The position numbers and the translations under genes were made by a program. From Bdellovibrionota bacterium (GTDB lineage: Bacteria; Bdellovibrionota_C; UBA2361): DNA of 64,000 nucleotides. Positions 29,610 to 38,940 of this stretch are shown in pieces. The DNA is taken from assembly GCA_044352465.1 (NCBI GenBank), contig JBILDU010000001.1:1-64000 (forward strand), given 5' to 3'. The notes beneath the pieces are model-generated. The model worked only from the letters and a program-made list of their open reading frames with translations, was not told the DNA's origin and ran no database searches. Each line of letters starts with the position of its first letter. Position 1 is the stretch's first letter.

Positions 29610-30698
29610 ATGCGTCGGTATCTCCTAAGCCTCCCATTATTAACCCTTCTCTTTGGCGCGGCCGCCCCTGGCTACGCCGGACCGATATTTATCGAGAACA
29701 AGGTAGCCTCGCCGACACGACCAGCTACCATCTCGCTCGCCCCGCTAGCTTCAAAGCCAGCCGCCCAAAGGAAGATCGTCCTGACCCTCTCGAACTCGCG
29801 CCCGGAGCGTCAGACGATCGAATTCGAGGTCGACGGCCCCGCGGGCACCACGCTCTCTTTTTACTCCGCGATGGCGACGCCCCGAACCTCCCTTGATCTT
29901 AACCCGAAACGAAAAAAAGTCTCACCGGGACTCCTGTATCGCATCGCCGACTCAGGGAGTAAGAAGATCACTCTCGGGGCATCGAACTCCGGCGACGGAT
30001 CGGGTGGAGGAGGAAACAACAACTATGTTTGCGGATGTCTCTCGGCAGCGGATATTCAGGAGATCATCGCTTCGTTCCGGCAGGTAGGAATTAATTACAC
30101 GACCGAGCAGGTATGCAGTCAGTTCGCCAGCATTCCCACTCCCGGATGCAATCTCGACACACCGTATCTGAATAACGGTTCACCTTTCGGGAACACCGCT
30201 GCTATCTCTGCATTTATCCAACGTGACGCATGCATCGATGGGGGCAAGCGACCGGGCAAAGCGGTAATTGAATTTAATCTGTCGAAGGTTCCCGCCAACC
30301 TTCTGACAGGAGGTAAAATCACCGTGAAACCCACCTTCTCCGCCTATTCTGGAAATAGGCAGGTAAAGCTAAAAAAAGCTGGGGACGCCAAGGGCAAATT
30401 CGCGGGGATACCGCTCTTACTTGCATCCCCAGCCGGGGCGGTCTCTTTCACCGGCTCAACCGGCGCTGTCTACCTCACGCAGTATTCAAACAATGCGCTG
30501 GTATCAAGCAAGCAGGTGAAGGTCGCTGACAACGTCTTCTATCGAAATATGGTCCTCTGGCGTACCCCACTCAGCGGAGTGCTGACGGGCGGACAAGGCA
30601 CCTTCGAAATCCGGGGCAATCAGGCCGGCTACTCCATCTGCGCAAAACTGGTGCGGAAGGATCAGTTTTTTAACGGCTATCCCCGCAACAGCGAGTAG
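29610..30698 (+). CDS. Hypothetical secreted protein
   Basis: Signal peptide ending GYA; beta-rich; Gly linker followed by a Cys-containing insert. Confidence 0.7.
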   Translation: MRRYLLSLPLLTLLFGAAAPGYAGPIFIENKVASPTRPATISLAPLASKPAAQRKIVLTLSNSRPERQTIEFEVDGPAGTTLSFYSAMATPRTSLDLNPKRKKVSPGLLYRIADSGSKKITLGASNSGDGSGGGGNNNYVCGCLSAADIQEIIASFRQVGINYTTEQVCSQFASIPTPGCNLDTPYLNNGSPFGNTAAISAFIQRDACIDGGKRPGKAVIEFNLSKVPANLLTGGKITVKPTFSAYSGNRQVKLKKAGDAKGKFAGIPLLLASPAGAVSFTGSTGAVYLTQYSNNALVSSKQVKVADNVFYRNMVLWRTPLSGVLTGGQGTFEIRGNQAGYSICAKLVRKDQFFNGYPRNSE

Positions 30699-30752
30699 TG
30701 ACACCCGCGCGGTTTCGGACTGCGGACCTCCTCCAGTCGATCCCGCTGACGC

Positions 30753-31595
30753 TCAGGAGATTCCTCCGAGCGCCCGATGAACGTAGGGTGCTGCGCGGAC
30801 GAGCATGGTGCCGTTATAGATCCGAATGTTTCCTCCCGAGCCTCCGCGCTCAACCCACTGCGCCGATTCGATCGTGTCGAGGAGAAGTTCCCGCATTTTC
30901 TCAAGCTCATCACCCTTCGAGGAACGACGGGTCTCTCCCGCTTGGGACTCCCCGATAATCGAACCACCGTTACCGCGGGCCTGCTCGAGCGCCCCATTGA
31001 AATTAAAATTAGGCGCACCGAGGAACTGGGGTGTCTCGCCAGCGACGTCACGGAGATCGTAGCTTCGCAGCTCTTGATATCGGTCAAGCCGCGCCTTCGT
31101 TCCGAATTGAAGTCGACCATCGCTCAACACTTGCCACGTCGTGGGCTCGCCCGAGCTTGCACTTTCGAGACGCTCGGCGAGTTTATCGAGCGCCGCCCGA
31201 ACGGTCACGTTCGTGAGTGTCATCGCAAGCTCTTGATCTCGCACCAGCCCACTATCGCCCCCAACACCCGACCACAACCCCTCGATCTTTACTCCGCTCA
31301 GGGTCGCTATCGCATCGAGTATGCTCTCGAGCGAACTTCCGGCCGTTTGAAGGCTCACCCGCTTCTCCATTAGTTTCAACGTTTGGCCCCGCGGGTCGAG
31401 CTCCTTCTCCACATGCGGCGTCGGTGGAGTCGGTCCATGCGCTTCTAACGAGCTTCCCCCGGCCGCCACCGCGATAAATCCAAGGGCTATTGCTCGCGCA
31501 GTCCCGGCGAAACTGATATCGGCCGGTCGCGCCTCTTGTTCGGGGGTAGGGGCTTGCCGGACTAAAGCGCGGGGAGTTTGATCAATCGAGCTCAT
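30753..31595 (-). CDS. Hypothetical protein with secretin N-domain (STN/N3)-like segments
   Basis: GGAGG RBS before ATG 31595; RVSL...LESILDAIATLSGV, RSYDLRD and GTMLVRA. Confidence 0.5.
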   Translation of the reverse strand: MSSIDQTPRALVRQAPTPEQEARPADISFAGTARAIALGFIAVAAGGSSLEAHGPTPPTPHVEKELDPRGQTLKLMEKRVSLQTAGSSLESILDAIATLSGVKIEGLWSGVGGDSGLVRDQELAMTLTNVTVRAALDKLAERLESASSGEPTTWQVLSDGRLQFGTKARLDRYQELRSYDLRDVAGETPQFLGAPNFNFNGALEQARGNGGSIIGESQAGETRRSSKGDELEKMRELLLDTIESAQWVERGGSGGNIRIYNGTMLVRAAPYVHRALGGIS

Positions 31596-31687
31596 CGGTG
31601 CCTCCGTTATGTCCGTTCGTTCGCGCTCACTATTCCACAGGTGGAGCACCGTAAGCACGCCGAATCGGCTCGCAGCCGACGGGACTC

Positions 31688-32530
31688 CTACTCCCGTAAG
31701 CGATATCGTCCCCTCGAACAGGTGATAAACCCCTCTCGGCACAGGTCGTTGAGGACCTCGCGTAACAATTCGCGTGGGCACCGAACGGCGTTTTTGATCT
31801 CCGCGCGGGTGCAGCCTTGCGGAGCTCCAGCCAAGCGAACGACCGCCCCCCGGATCTCACGCCGCGACCCTCGAAACGGTGACTGCCTCACGTAATGGGC
31901 ACTTCGGCGAGTAATCAAAGGATCGCGCCGCTTTAACATGACGCCGTAATCCATCAACGCATAGTACCACTCGCGCACCCGACGACGGGGCAACGTTGCG
32001 GCGATGAAAGGCTCCAGCTCGATATCACGAACAGTTTGAGTCCCTGGAAAGAAGAAGTGGATAAACACCGCTCTGATATTCGTCTCGATGAAAACTCCGG
32101 CCCGATCGAAGGCGAACAACGCGATCGCCCCAGCGGTATACGGCCCGATCCCTGGAAGCCTCTTCAGCGCGAGCGGATCCTGCGGAAGCTCCCCCTCGAA
32201 GCGCTCAACGACTTCGATCGCACACCGCTGCAAAGCGAGCGCCCGTCGATTGTATCCAAGCCCCTGCCAGGCAGCGATGACGTGGGGCCGCGGTGCTCGC
32301 GCCAAACTCTCAAAATCAGGGAAACGACGGAGAAACTCGCGATACTTCGGGGCAACGCGATCGGTCTGAGTTTGCTGCAGCATTACCTCTGAGACCAGAA
32401 TGGCGTAAGGATCGCGGGTCTCCCGCCACGGGAAGGCGCGGCCATGCACACGGTAGTAACGCCAAATCGCTCGACGAAACGAACGCCCGTGATCGGTCCT
32501 CAGACGGCGGGCTCCCTTTCCTCGAACCAT
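31688..32530 (-). CDS. mutY: A/G-specific adenine glycosylase, short form
   Basis: PWRETRDPYAILVSEVMLQQTQ, WQGLGYNRRA and HhH LPGIGPYTA. Confidence 0.9.
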   Translation of the reverse strand: MVRGKGARRLRTDHGRSFRRAIWRYYRVHGRAFPWRETRDPYAILVSEVMLQQTQTDRVAPKYREFLRRFPDFESLARAPRPHVIAAWQGLGYNRRALALQRCAIEVVERFEGELPQDPLALKRLPGIGPYTAGAIALFAFDRAGVFIETNIRAVFIHFFFPGTQTVRDIELEPFIAATLPRRRVREWYYALMDYGVMLKRRDPLITRRSAHYVRQSPFRGSRREIRGAVVRLAGAPQGCTRAEIKNAVRCPRELLREVLNDLCREGFITCSRGRYRLRE

Positions 32531-32541
32531 TCGTTTGGAGG

Positions 32542-33036
32542 CTAAAGGTCTGCTCGTGTCCACGCGCTCGCCAGGGAATCCGCGTACTCATTCCATAGCC
32601 AACCGTTGTGCGCTTTAATCCACTGAAGCTTCGCTAATGGCCGCTCTTTCGATAACGCAAATAGGGCCTGCACTAAATCGAGGTTCTTTATCGGACCATC
32701 CTTACGTTTCCAGCCCCGCTTTTCCCAAGCTACCGCCCACTTCGTCACGGTATTCACACACAGCTCGCTATCGCTGAACACATCGATAGCTTCATCCGGC
32801 GGAAGGAGCTTAAACGCCTCGATAAGGGCGGTGAGCTCCATTCGATTGTTGGTGGTGTCTGGAGCACGACCATGGAGCTGCGCCACGATGGAGCCGTTTT
32901 TAACATAGACCACACCCCAACCGCCCGGCCCAGGATTCGGTCGCGCCCCCCCGTCGGTAAAGACACCCGAGCTCGGCCCGGCTGAGTATTTTTGCAGCAC
33001 CTCACGTAAAGGCAAACTCTCCCCAACGAACGCCAT
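32542..33036 (-). CDS. rnhA: Ribonuclease HI
   Basis: FTDGGARPNPGPGGWG, TTNNRMEL, SDS and WIKAHNG...NEYADSLA; RBS before ATG 33036. Confidence 0.93.
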   Translation of the reverse strand: MAFVGESLPLREVLQKYSAGPSSGVFTDGGARPNPGPGGWGVVYVKNGSIVAQLHGRAPDTTNNRMELTALIEAFKLLPPDEAIDVFSDSELCVNTVTKWAVAWEKRGWKRKDGPIKNLDLVQALFALSKERPLAKLQWIKAHNGWLWNEYADSLASAWTRADL

Positions 33037-33150
33037 AAGACCCCTCCGAGCAAATTCGTTGGCATGGTAGAATAATCTCGGCGTCGAGCAAAGACACCGT
33101 GCGAGTCGCCCTTTGTCTCCCCACCCTAAAAGGGGTAACATAGAGGAATC

Positions 33151-33759
33151 ATGGCGAGCGTTGTCGACCTCTTCGGAGCCGGTTTTTTTGCAGCTTTCTC
33201 GGGCTGTGTCGTCTATTTCATCGTGCGCGCGCTTCTCCTCGGGTTTTCATCCGATCCACTCGCCTGGCTCGAAGCGCAGCGCGTCCGGAAACGTTCCCAA
33301 CTTTTAGGTCGGGCGGATGAAGCGATGAAACTCAATAAAGTAGGAGAGGCACTCGCTCTTCTCCGTGCTGCTTTCTACTTCGAACACCCCGTTCGATACG
33401 CGGCGACGGTGGAGGCGATTCACACTCATCACATGAGCATTCTCTCGCGGGTCATCGGAATATCAAAGAGCCACGCGCGCCACCTCGAGAATCTCCCCAT
33501 CATCGAGGACCTCCTGGCCTCACGAGAGAGTTTGCTGAATGCCCACATTGAGCATCTGGCTGCCCGAGTGAACCTCCAACACCGCCGCCGCCGCGATCGA
33601 AAAGAGACTCCGGCGTGGGCAATCGCCGAATTTACCCGAAAAATCGACGAGATCGGCGATAAGCTGTCGACGAATCGTCATAGCCTCGAATCACAGCTTG
33701 CGCGGATGTTTGAAGAGCTACACCGCTTACCTGAGAACGAAGGTGTTACGTATCACTAA
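33151..33759 (+). CDS. Hypothetical membrane-anchored helical protein
   Basis: GAGG RBS, N-terminal TM, coiled-coil-like C-terminus. Confidence 0.65.
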   Translation: MASVVDLFGAGFFAAFSGCVVYFIVRALLLGFSSDPLAWLEAQRVRKRSQLLGRADEAMKLNKVGEALALLRAAFYFEHPVRYAATVEAIHTHHMSILSRVIGISKSHARHLENLPIIEDLLASRESLLNAHIEHLAARVNLQHRRRRDRKETPAWAIAEFTRKIDEIGDKLSTNRHSLESQLARMFEELHRLPENEGVTYH

Positions 33760-33851
33760 TACTCCGACCAAAAAAATCGTGCTCCGCCCCCCGGCGCGGC
33801 TCTCCGGTGGACGGACTTCTTCGACGGAGCGTTAATCCCGTGCCCGCAATA

Positions 33852-34580
33852 ATGCGATCGGTCACTTTGTTCGAAGACGACGCGCTTTTCATTCTTCATA
33901 AACCAGCCAACGCGCATTCGGTTGCACATAGCGAAGGGGAAGGGGAGCCTTCAGTCGCGGCCGATCTTTTGGCAGCATCGCCGCAACTACGCGAGGTTGC
34001 CGATCGCCCCGGCGATGCCGGCCTCGTTAATCGACTCGATTTCGGAACCTCAGGGATCTTAATCGGGGCCAAGAGCCGCGCAGTTTGGGAGGCTCTCCGC
34101 AGCGATATTCAGTCAGGGGAGATAAAGAAAAGGTACCTCGCCGTTCTTGAGGGAATCGCGCCATTATCTCGAACCATAGAGAATTTCATCGGCTCACCCT
34201 ACCGACGGGCGCAAAAAGTCCGCGTCTACGACGATCTACCCCGGGATGGGCGCGCGCTCCCGGCAATCTCCATTTTTCGCCTACGTGAGCCTCACGCTGC
34301 CCAAAATATTTCGCTCGTTGAGGTAGAGGCACCGACGGCCCGTCGCCATCAGATCAGGGTTCACGCTCGCTCGATCGGCCACCCCCTCGTGGGTGATACC
34401 CTCTACGGTGCCACCCGCTCCCTCGGGGATATTTTTACTGAACAGGCGAACGGCTTTTGTCTCCATGCGTATAGCGTGGAACTTACCCACCCACTTCACC
34501 GACGCACTCTATCGATCGTCGATCCAGCCCCGGAGTATCTCTCCGCGGTCTTTAGCGAAAAAGCTCTGCGGGTGGGATGA
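33852..34580 (+). CDS. RluA-family RNA pseudouridine synthase
   Basis: HKPA, NRLDFGTSG and RRHQIRVH...GHPLVGD; start 33852 preferred over GTG 33807. Confidence 0.88.
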   Translation: MRSVTLFEDDALFILHKPANAHSVAHSEGEGEPSVAADLLAASPQLREVADRPGDAGLVNRLDFGTSGILIGAKSRAVWEALRSDIQSGEIKKRYLAVLEGIAPLSRTIENFIGSPYRRAQKVRVYDDLPRDGRALPAISIFRLREPHAAQNISLVEVEAPTARRHQIRVHARSIGHPLVGDTLYGATRSLGDIFTEQANGFCLHAYSVELTHPLHRRTLSIVDPAPEYLSAVFSEKALRVG

Positions 34581-36192
34581 CCTCTAAGACTTCACTCTCT
34601 AGGGCGCGAAGCACCGCCCTGAGACCGTTTGAGGCCCGACAAAACTGCGGAGCAACGCTCGCACCCTCTGCATTCATCGGCCGAGCCTCGAATACCCCAC
34701 CGCCTCGATGGGTGATCTCGATAATGTATGAATGATGAAATTGCTTGGAGCGGTACCGAAAATATTCGACTACCTCAGCCCCCTCGACGGGCTCGCGGTG
34801 CAGCGGGTCGCGCAGCTCGCTCGCGCGAACCGCTCGCAGCGCCGCTGGAGAAAAGGTGCGCTCGACAAACCCGATATCGAATCCTCCCGCGCGAAAAGCC
34901 GGTTCCCGCAAAAGCCAGCGATGAAAATCAAGCGTCGAGGCAAGCCCCTCGATCGCATACTCACGTAGAGCCTCGAGACCACGATCGATAGCCTCACGTC
35001 GAGTTTCACCGAATACGATGAGCTTACTGATCATCGCGTCGTAATGCGGGGAGATCTCATCGCCCGCTTCGCAGCCGAAATCCTCGCGAATATACGAAGC
35101 AACCGGTCTTTTGAGCGCTGTGATTCGACCGATAGCTGGCGCAAAATTTTTAGCCGGGTCTTCGGCGTAGATCCGAAACTCGATGGCGTGACCGGTCGTT
35201 GATATATCACCCTGCTCGAATGGAATCGCCTCACCTTGCGCCACTTTCAGTTGGAGCTCAACCAGATCAACCCCCGTTACCAGCTCGGTGACAGGATGTT
35301 CGACCTGGATTCGGGTGTTCATTTCGAGGAAATAAAAATCGTTGCCGCACACCAAGAACTCGGCGGTGCCCGCATTCTTATAGCCCACACTGCGGGCAGC
35401 TTGAACGGCCGCCGCCTCAACACCTTGGCGTACTGCGGGAGCGAGAAGGGGGGCGGGAGCCTCTTCGATAAGTTTTTGATGGCGCCGCTGGGCTGAACAG
35501 TCGCGGGTACCAAAGTGAACCACCTTCCCATGAGCGTCACCGAATATCTGCACCTCCACGTGGCGGGGGTTGGCGATGTACTTCTCAGCGTAGACCGCCT
35601 GGTTCGAAAAGTTCTTGAGCGCCTCGCCCCGCGCACGAGGCAGCACTTGAGACATCTCCTCAGCCGAGTGGACGACTCGCATACCCCGCCCCCCACCGCC
35701 AGCGACGGCCTTGATGATGACAGGGAATCCTATCGCGCTCGCGGCTTCAACGAGCGCCCCGTCGTCCAGGTCGCCCGGGGTCCCGGGGGTACACGGCACC
35801 CCGAACTTCATTACCTGAGCCCGCGCCTTCGTCTTACTCCCCAGTGTCTCGATACTCGCTGGGTCCGGTCCAACGAAGATCAAACCAGCATCGATAACTG
35901 CGCGGGCAAAATCACTGTTCTCTGAAAGAAAGCCGTAGCCCGGGTGAACCGCATCGCACCCCCGTTCGACCGCAACTTGCACGATCTTGGCGATATTAAG
36001 GTAAGAGTCCTTCGCCGGGGGGGGGCCGATAATGACGAGTTCCTCGGCTTGGCGAGCAAAATAGCTCTTGGCATCAGCCTCCGAGGCTATGGAAACCGAG
36101 GCGATTCCGAGCTTCCGGCAGGCGCGTTGAATCCGCGCCGCGATCTCGCCTCTATTTGCAATCAGGACCTTTTTAATTTTATGATCGCCCAT
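34552..36192 (-). CDS. accC: Biotin carboxylase (acetyl/propionyl-CoA carboxylase BC subunit)
   Basis: VLIANRGEIA, HPGYGFLSEN, GGGGRGM and EMNTRIQVEHPVTE. Confidence 0.9.
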   Translation of the reverse strand: MGDHKIKKVLIANRGEIAARIQRACRKLGIASVSIASEADAKSYFARQAEELVIIGPPPAKDSYLNIAKIVQVAVERGCDAVHPGYGFLSENSDFARAVIDAGLIFVGPDPASIETLGSKTKARAQVMKFGVPCTPGTPGDLDDGALVEAASAIGFPVIIKAVAGGGGRGMRVVHSAEEMSQVLPRARGEALKNFSNQAVYAEKYIANPRHVEVQIFGDAHGKVVHFGTRDCSAQRRHQKLIEEAPAPLLAPAVRQGVEAAAVQAARSVGYKNAGTAEFLVCGNDFYFLEMNTRIQVEHPVTELVTGVDLVELQLKVAQGEAIPFEQGDISTTGHAIEFRIYAEDPAKNFAPAIGRITALKRPVASYIREDFGCEAGDEISPHYDAMISKLIVFGETRREAIDRGLEALREYAIEGLASTLDFHRWLLREPAFRAGGFDIGFVERTFSPAALRAVRASELRDPLHREPVEGAEVVEYFRYRSKQFHHSYIIEITHRGGGVFEARPMNAEGASVAPQFCRASNGLRAVLRALESEVLEVIPPAELFR

Positions 36193-36226
36193 AAATTTTG
36201 CGGCTTTTTAGACGGGAAACCACACC

Positions 36227-37171
36227 ATGACTACCAATGAACATCATAAAGTCGTCATCTTAGGGTCCGGTCCCGCGGGCTTAACTGCGGCCATATATAC
36301 CTCGCGAGCAAACTTATCTCCAGTTTTGATCCACGGCCCCCTCCCGGGTGGCCAGCTCACCACGACAACCGAGGTCGAGAACTTCCCCGGATTTCCCGAG
36401 GGGGTAATGGGCCCCGACCTGATGCAGCTTATGGAGAAACAGGCGATCAGGTTCGGCACAAAGATTATGGTAAACCAGGTCGTGAAAACGGAGCTCCAGG
36501 GACGTCCATTCCGACTCACCCTCTCGAACGAGTCCACCGTAACGTGCGAGGTCCTTATTATTGCAACCGGCGCTGCACCTCGATTGCTCGGCCTGGAGGA
36601 GGAAAAGACCCTCATGGGATACGGTGTCTCAACGTGCGCTACGTGCGACGGCGCTTTTTTCCGAAATAAGGTGATCATGGTAGCCGGTGGAGGAGACTCG
36701 GCGTGCGAGGAGGCGGTATTCCTTACTCGATTCGGTAGCAAGGTTATCCTTGTCCATCGTCGAGACCAGCTCCGGGCTTCGAAGATAATGCAAGATCGGG
36801 TGCTTAATCATCCGAAGATCGAGGTTCTGTGGAATCGTCAGATCAAAGCGATCCACGGCTCGAAAGCAAACGGCGTTACCGGCGTCACCGCCCTTCATAG
36901 CGCCACCAACGAGGCGGAGGAGATTCCATGCGACGCCCTCTTTGTTGCGATCGGTCATATTCCGAACTCCTACCTATTTAAGGGGCAGCTCGATATGGAT
37001 GATAACGGATACTTAACTCCCGTCGCTGGCTCGGCGCGGATGAATATCCCCGGCGTATTCGCCTGCGGCGATGTTCAGGATCACGTATGGCGACAAGCGA
37101 TTACCGCAGCGGGTACCGGGTGTATGGCTGCGATTGAGGCGGAGCGCTACCTGGAGGCGCTGCATCAGTAG
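36227..37171 (+). CDS. trxB: Thioredoxin-disulfide reductase
   Basis: GSGPAGLTAA, CATCDG, HRRD and RQAITAAGTG. Confidence 0.96.
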   Translation: MTTNEHHKVVILGSGPAGLTAAIYTSRANLSPVLIHGPLPGGQLTTTTEVENFPGFPEGVMGPDLMQLMEKQAIRFGTKIMVNQVVKTELQGRPFRLTLSNESTVTCEVLIIATGAAPRLLGLEEEKTLMGYGVSTCATCDGAFFRNKVIMVAGGGDSACEEAVFLTRFGSKVILVHRRDQLRASKIMQDRVLNHPKIEVLWNRQIKAIHGSKANGVTGVTALHSATNEAEEIPCDALFVAIGHIPNSYLFKGQLDMDDNGYLTPVAGSARMNIPGVFACGDVQDHVWRQAITAAGTGCMAAIEAERYLEALHQ

Positions 37172-37246
37172 CGCGAAGAAATGAGGTTTTCTTGTCGATG
37201 AGGCTAGAGACCTCTGCGGAACCACGGCGGCTAAAAATATCCAAAT

Positions 37247-37290
37247 AAAAACCCCCTGGGATGCCGCGAGGACACCCCAGGGGGTTTTTT
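37247..37290. terminator. Bidirectional terminator between convergent trxB and atpE
   Basis: aaaaaccccctggg ... cccagggggtttttt. Confidence 0.8.
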
Positions 37291-37307
37291 GAGCTTGTCG
37301 CCCTCTC

Positions 37308-37622
37308 TTACCCGCCGATTTGGCTGTAGAGGAGGTAGGCGATAACGAAAGCCAAGATGACGAGCGACTCAACCAACGCGAGGCCGAGAAGCATCGGGGT
37401 GAGGAGCTTGCCAGCAGCCGCAGGGTTACGGCCGATCGAGTCGAGGCTCGCGCTAATCGCCTTGCCTTGACCGAGAGCTCCGCCGACGACGGCCAGTCCG
37501 ATCGCCAATCCCGCTGCAATCGCGATAATTCCGCTTTGGCCCGACATAGCAGCTCCCTCAGCGAGGGCAGCAGCCGGAGCGGCAAGCACCGCCAGGGCGA
37601 GTAAAGATACGTAACGTGTCAT
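37308..37622 (-). CDS. atpE: ATP synthase F0 subunit c with N-terminal extension
   Basis: Gly-rich inner helix, RNP loop, LVES with the ion-binding Glu. Confidence 0.95.
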   Translation of the reverse strand: MTRYVSLLALAVLAAPAAALAEGAAMSGQSGIIAIAAGLAIGLAVVGGALGQGKAISASLDSIGRNPAAAGKLLTPMLLGLALVESLVILAFVIAYLLYSQIGG

Positions 37623-37669
37623 GGTCTCTCCTTATTAAGGGTTAACGTAAAAATCCTCGAACTTTCAAT

Positions 37670-38383
37670 TCAGTGATGACCCTCTTCCTCGTGCTGGGTC
37701 GCCAAGAGGATATACACCATCGTCAGCGTGGTAAAGATAAACGCCTGCATAAAGCAGACGAACGTACCGAGCGCCAAGAACAGAATCGGTGCCACCGGCC
37801 CGAGCATATTGGTGAATATCTCGAGCACCATGTGATCGGCGGTGATGTTCCAATAAAGACGGAGGTTGAGCGTTAATATACGGAGGCAGGTACTAAATAT
37901 CTCGAGCGGAAAGAAGAACCACGCCAAAGCCGCTATCGGGCCGGCGAAATGCTTCAGATAACCCCACAGGCCGTTCTCCTTTACCCCCCAAGCGTTGAAG
38001 TAAAAGAAAACCACGAAAGCCATACCGACGTTAATCCAAACGGTCGTCGTGATAGCTGGCATTCCCGGCACGAGGCCAAGGAAATTAGAGAGGAGAAGGA
38101 AAAAAAACACGCTCGCCGTAAATGGAACGTGCTGACGCTTGTCCTTTCCGAGAACCGAGTCGTGATACTTCACGAAGGCCTCCACGATAAAGTCGACCGC
38201 CCCAAAGAAGGAGAGCTTTTTATCGGGCACGATCGCACTTTCTACCCCGTGCGGTGTACTCAATCGCGCGGTCAGCGCTTTTCCGAGAACAACCAACCCT
38301 CCTCCCAGGAGCAGGGCTGCCCCAAACTTTTGGAGGTTTGGATCAGAGGTAAGGTGGGTGAAGTAGTTATAGCCTGAAGCCAT
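37670..38383 (-). CDS. atpB: ATP synthase F0 subunit a
   Basis: NFLGLVPG, LTLNLRLYWNITADH and QAFIFTTLTMVYI. Confidence 0.95.
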   Translation of the reverse strand: MASGYNYFTHLTSDPNLQKFGAALLLGGGLVVLGKALTARLSTPHGVESAIVPDKKLSFFGAVDFIVEAFVKYHDSVLGKDKRQHVPFTASVFFFLLLSNFLGLVPGMPAITTTVWINVGMAFVVFFYFNAWGVKENGLWGYLKHFAGPIAALAWFFFPLEIFSTCLRILTLNLRLYWNITADHMVLEIFTNMLGPVAPILFLALGTFVCFMQAFIFTTLTMVYILLATQHEEEGHH

Positions 38384-38490
38384 CTGCCGCTCGGTTAACT
38401 TTGACGGTCAAAGTTGTATATAATTCCAGGCTGGAAAGCAAACCCCGAGAGGCGATTTAGATCGGTATTTTCTCGAATGTCCTCACGGGG

Positions 38491-38940
38491 CTAACGATCT
38501 TCTGCCGGGGAGGACGACGGCCCCGGGGAGGGGTTGCCCCCAGACCGTTCCGGCACCTCTCCAGCATCATCCACCGGGAGACTCTTTTGCCCCTCCCGGA
38601 CCGCGTATTGAAAGCCCGCCGGCAAGAAGGCGAAGAGCCCAAGCAGGGCGGCCAGGATCTCTCCGCTCGTCGCGCGCCCCATCAGCCACAGAGCGCTGAG
38701 GATCGCCACAAATTTTACGGGGAACCAAACAGCGAATCGGCGCACTCCGCCCACAGATCCAAAAAGGGCGCTGACTGCGATGGTGTAAAACTTCACCCCG
38801 ATGACCGCGTAAACCACACCGCAGGCGACTGCGAGAGGTTCGACTGTCCCACCAGCGTAGCGAGCTATCGCGGCCACTCCAATGAACGAGAGCCCCCACC
38901 ACAACGTGCCCCGTATGATCTCGATCGGTTCGTGTATCAT
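38491..38940 (-). CDS. atpI: AtpI-like 4-TM membrane protein
   Basis: Four TM segments; first gene of the atpB-atpE cassette (assignment by position). Confidence 0.55.
   Translation of the reverse strand: MIHEPIEIIRGTLWWGLSFIGVAAIARYAGGTVEPLAVACGVVYAVIGVKFYTIAVSALFGSVGGVRRFAVWFPVKFVAILSALWLMGRATSGEILAALLGLFAFLPAGFQYAVREGQKSLPVDDAGEVPERSGGNPSPGPSSSPAEDR

Noticed and set aside
37308..37622. Na+-coupled ATP synthase
   Set aside because: Gln and Glu-Ser are present, but the following Thr and Tyr of the Na+ signature are missing (ESLVIL), so Na+ coupling cannot be claimed
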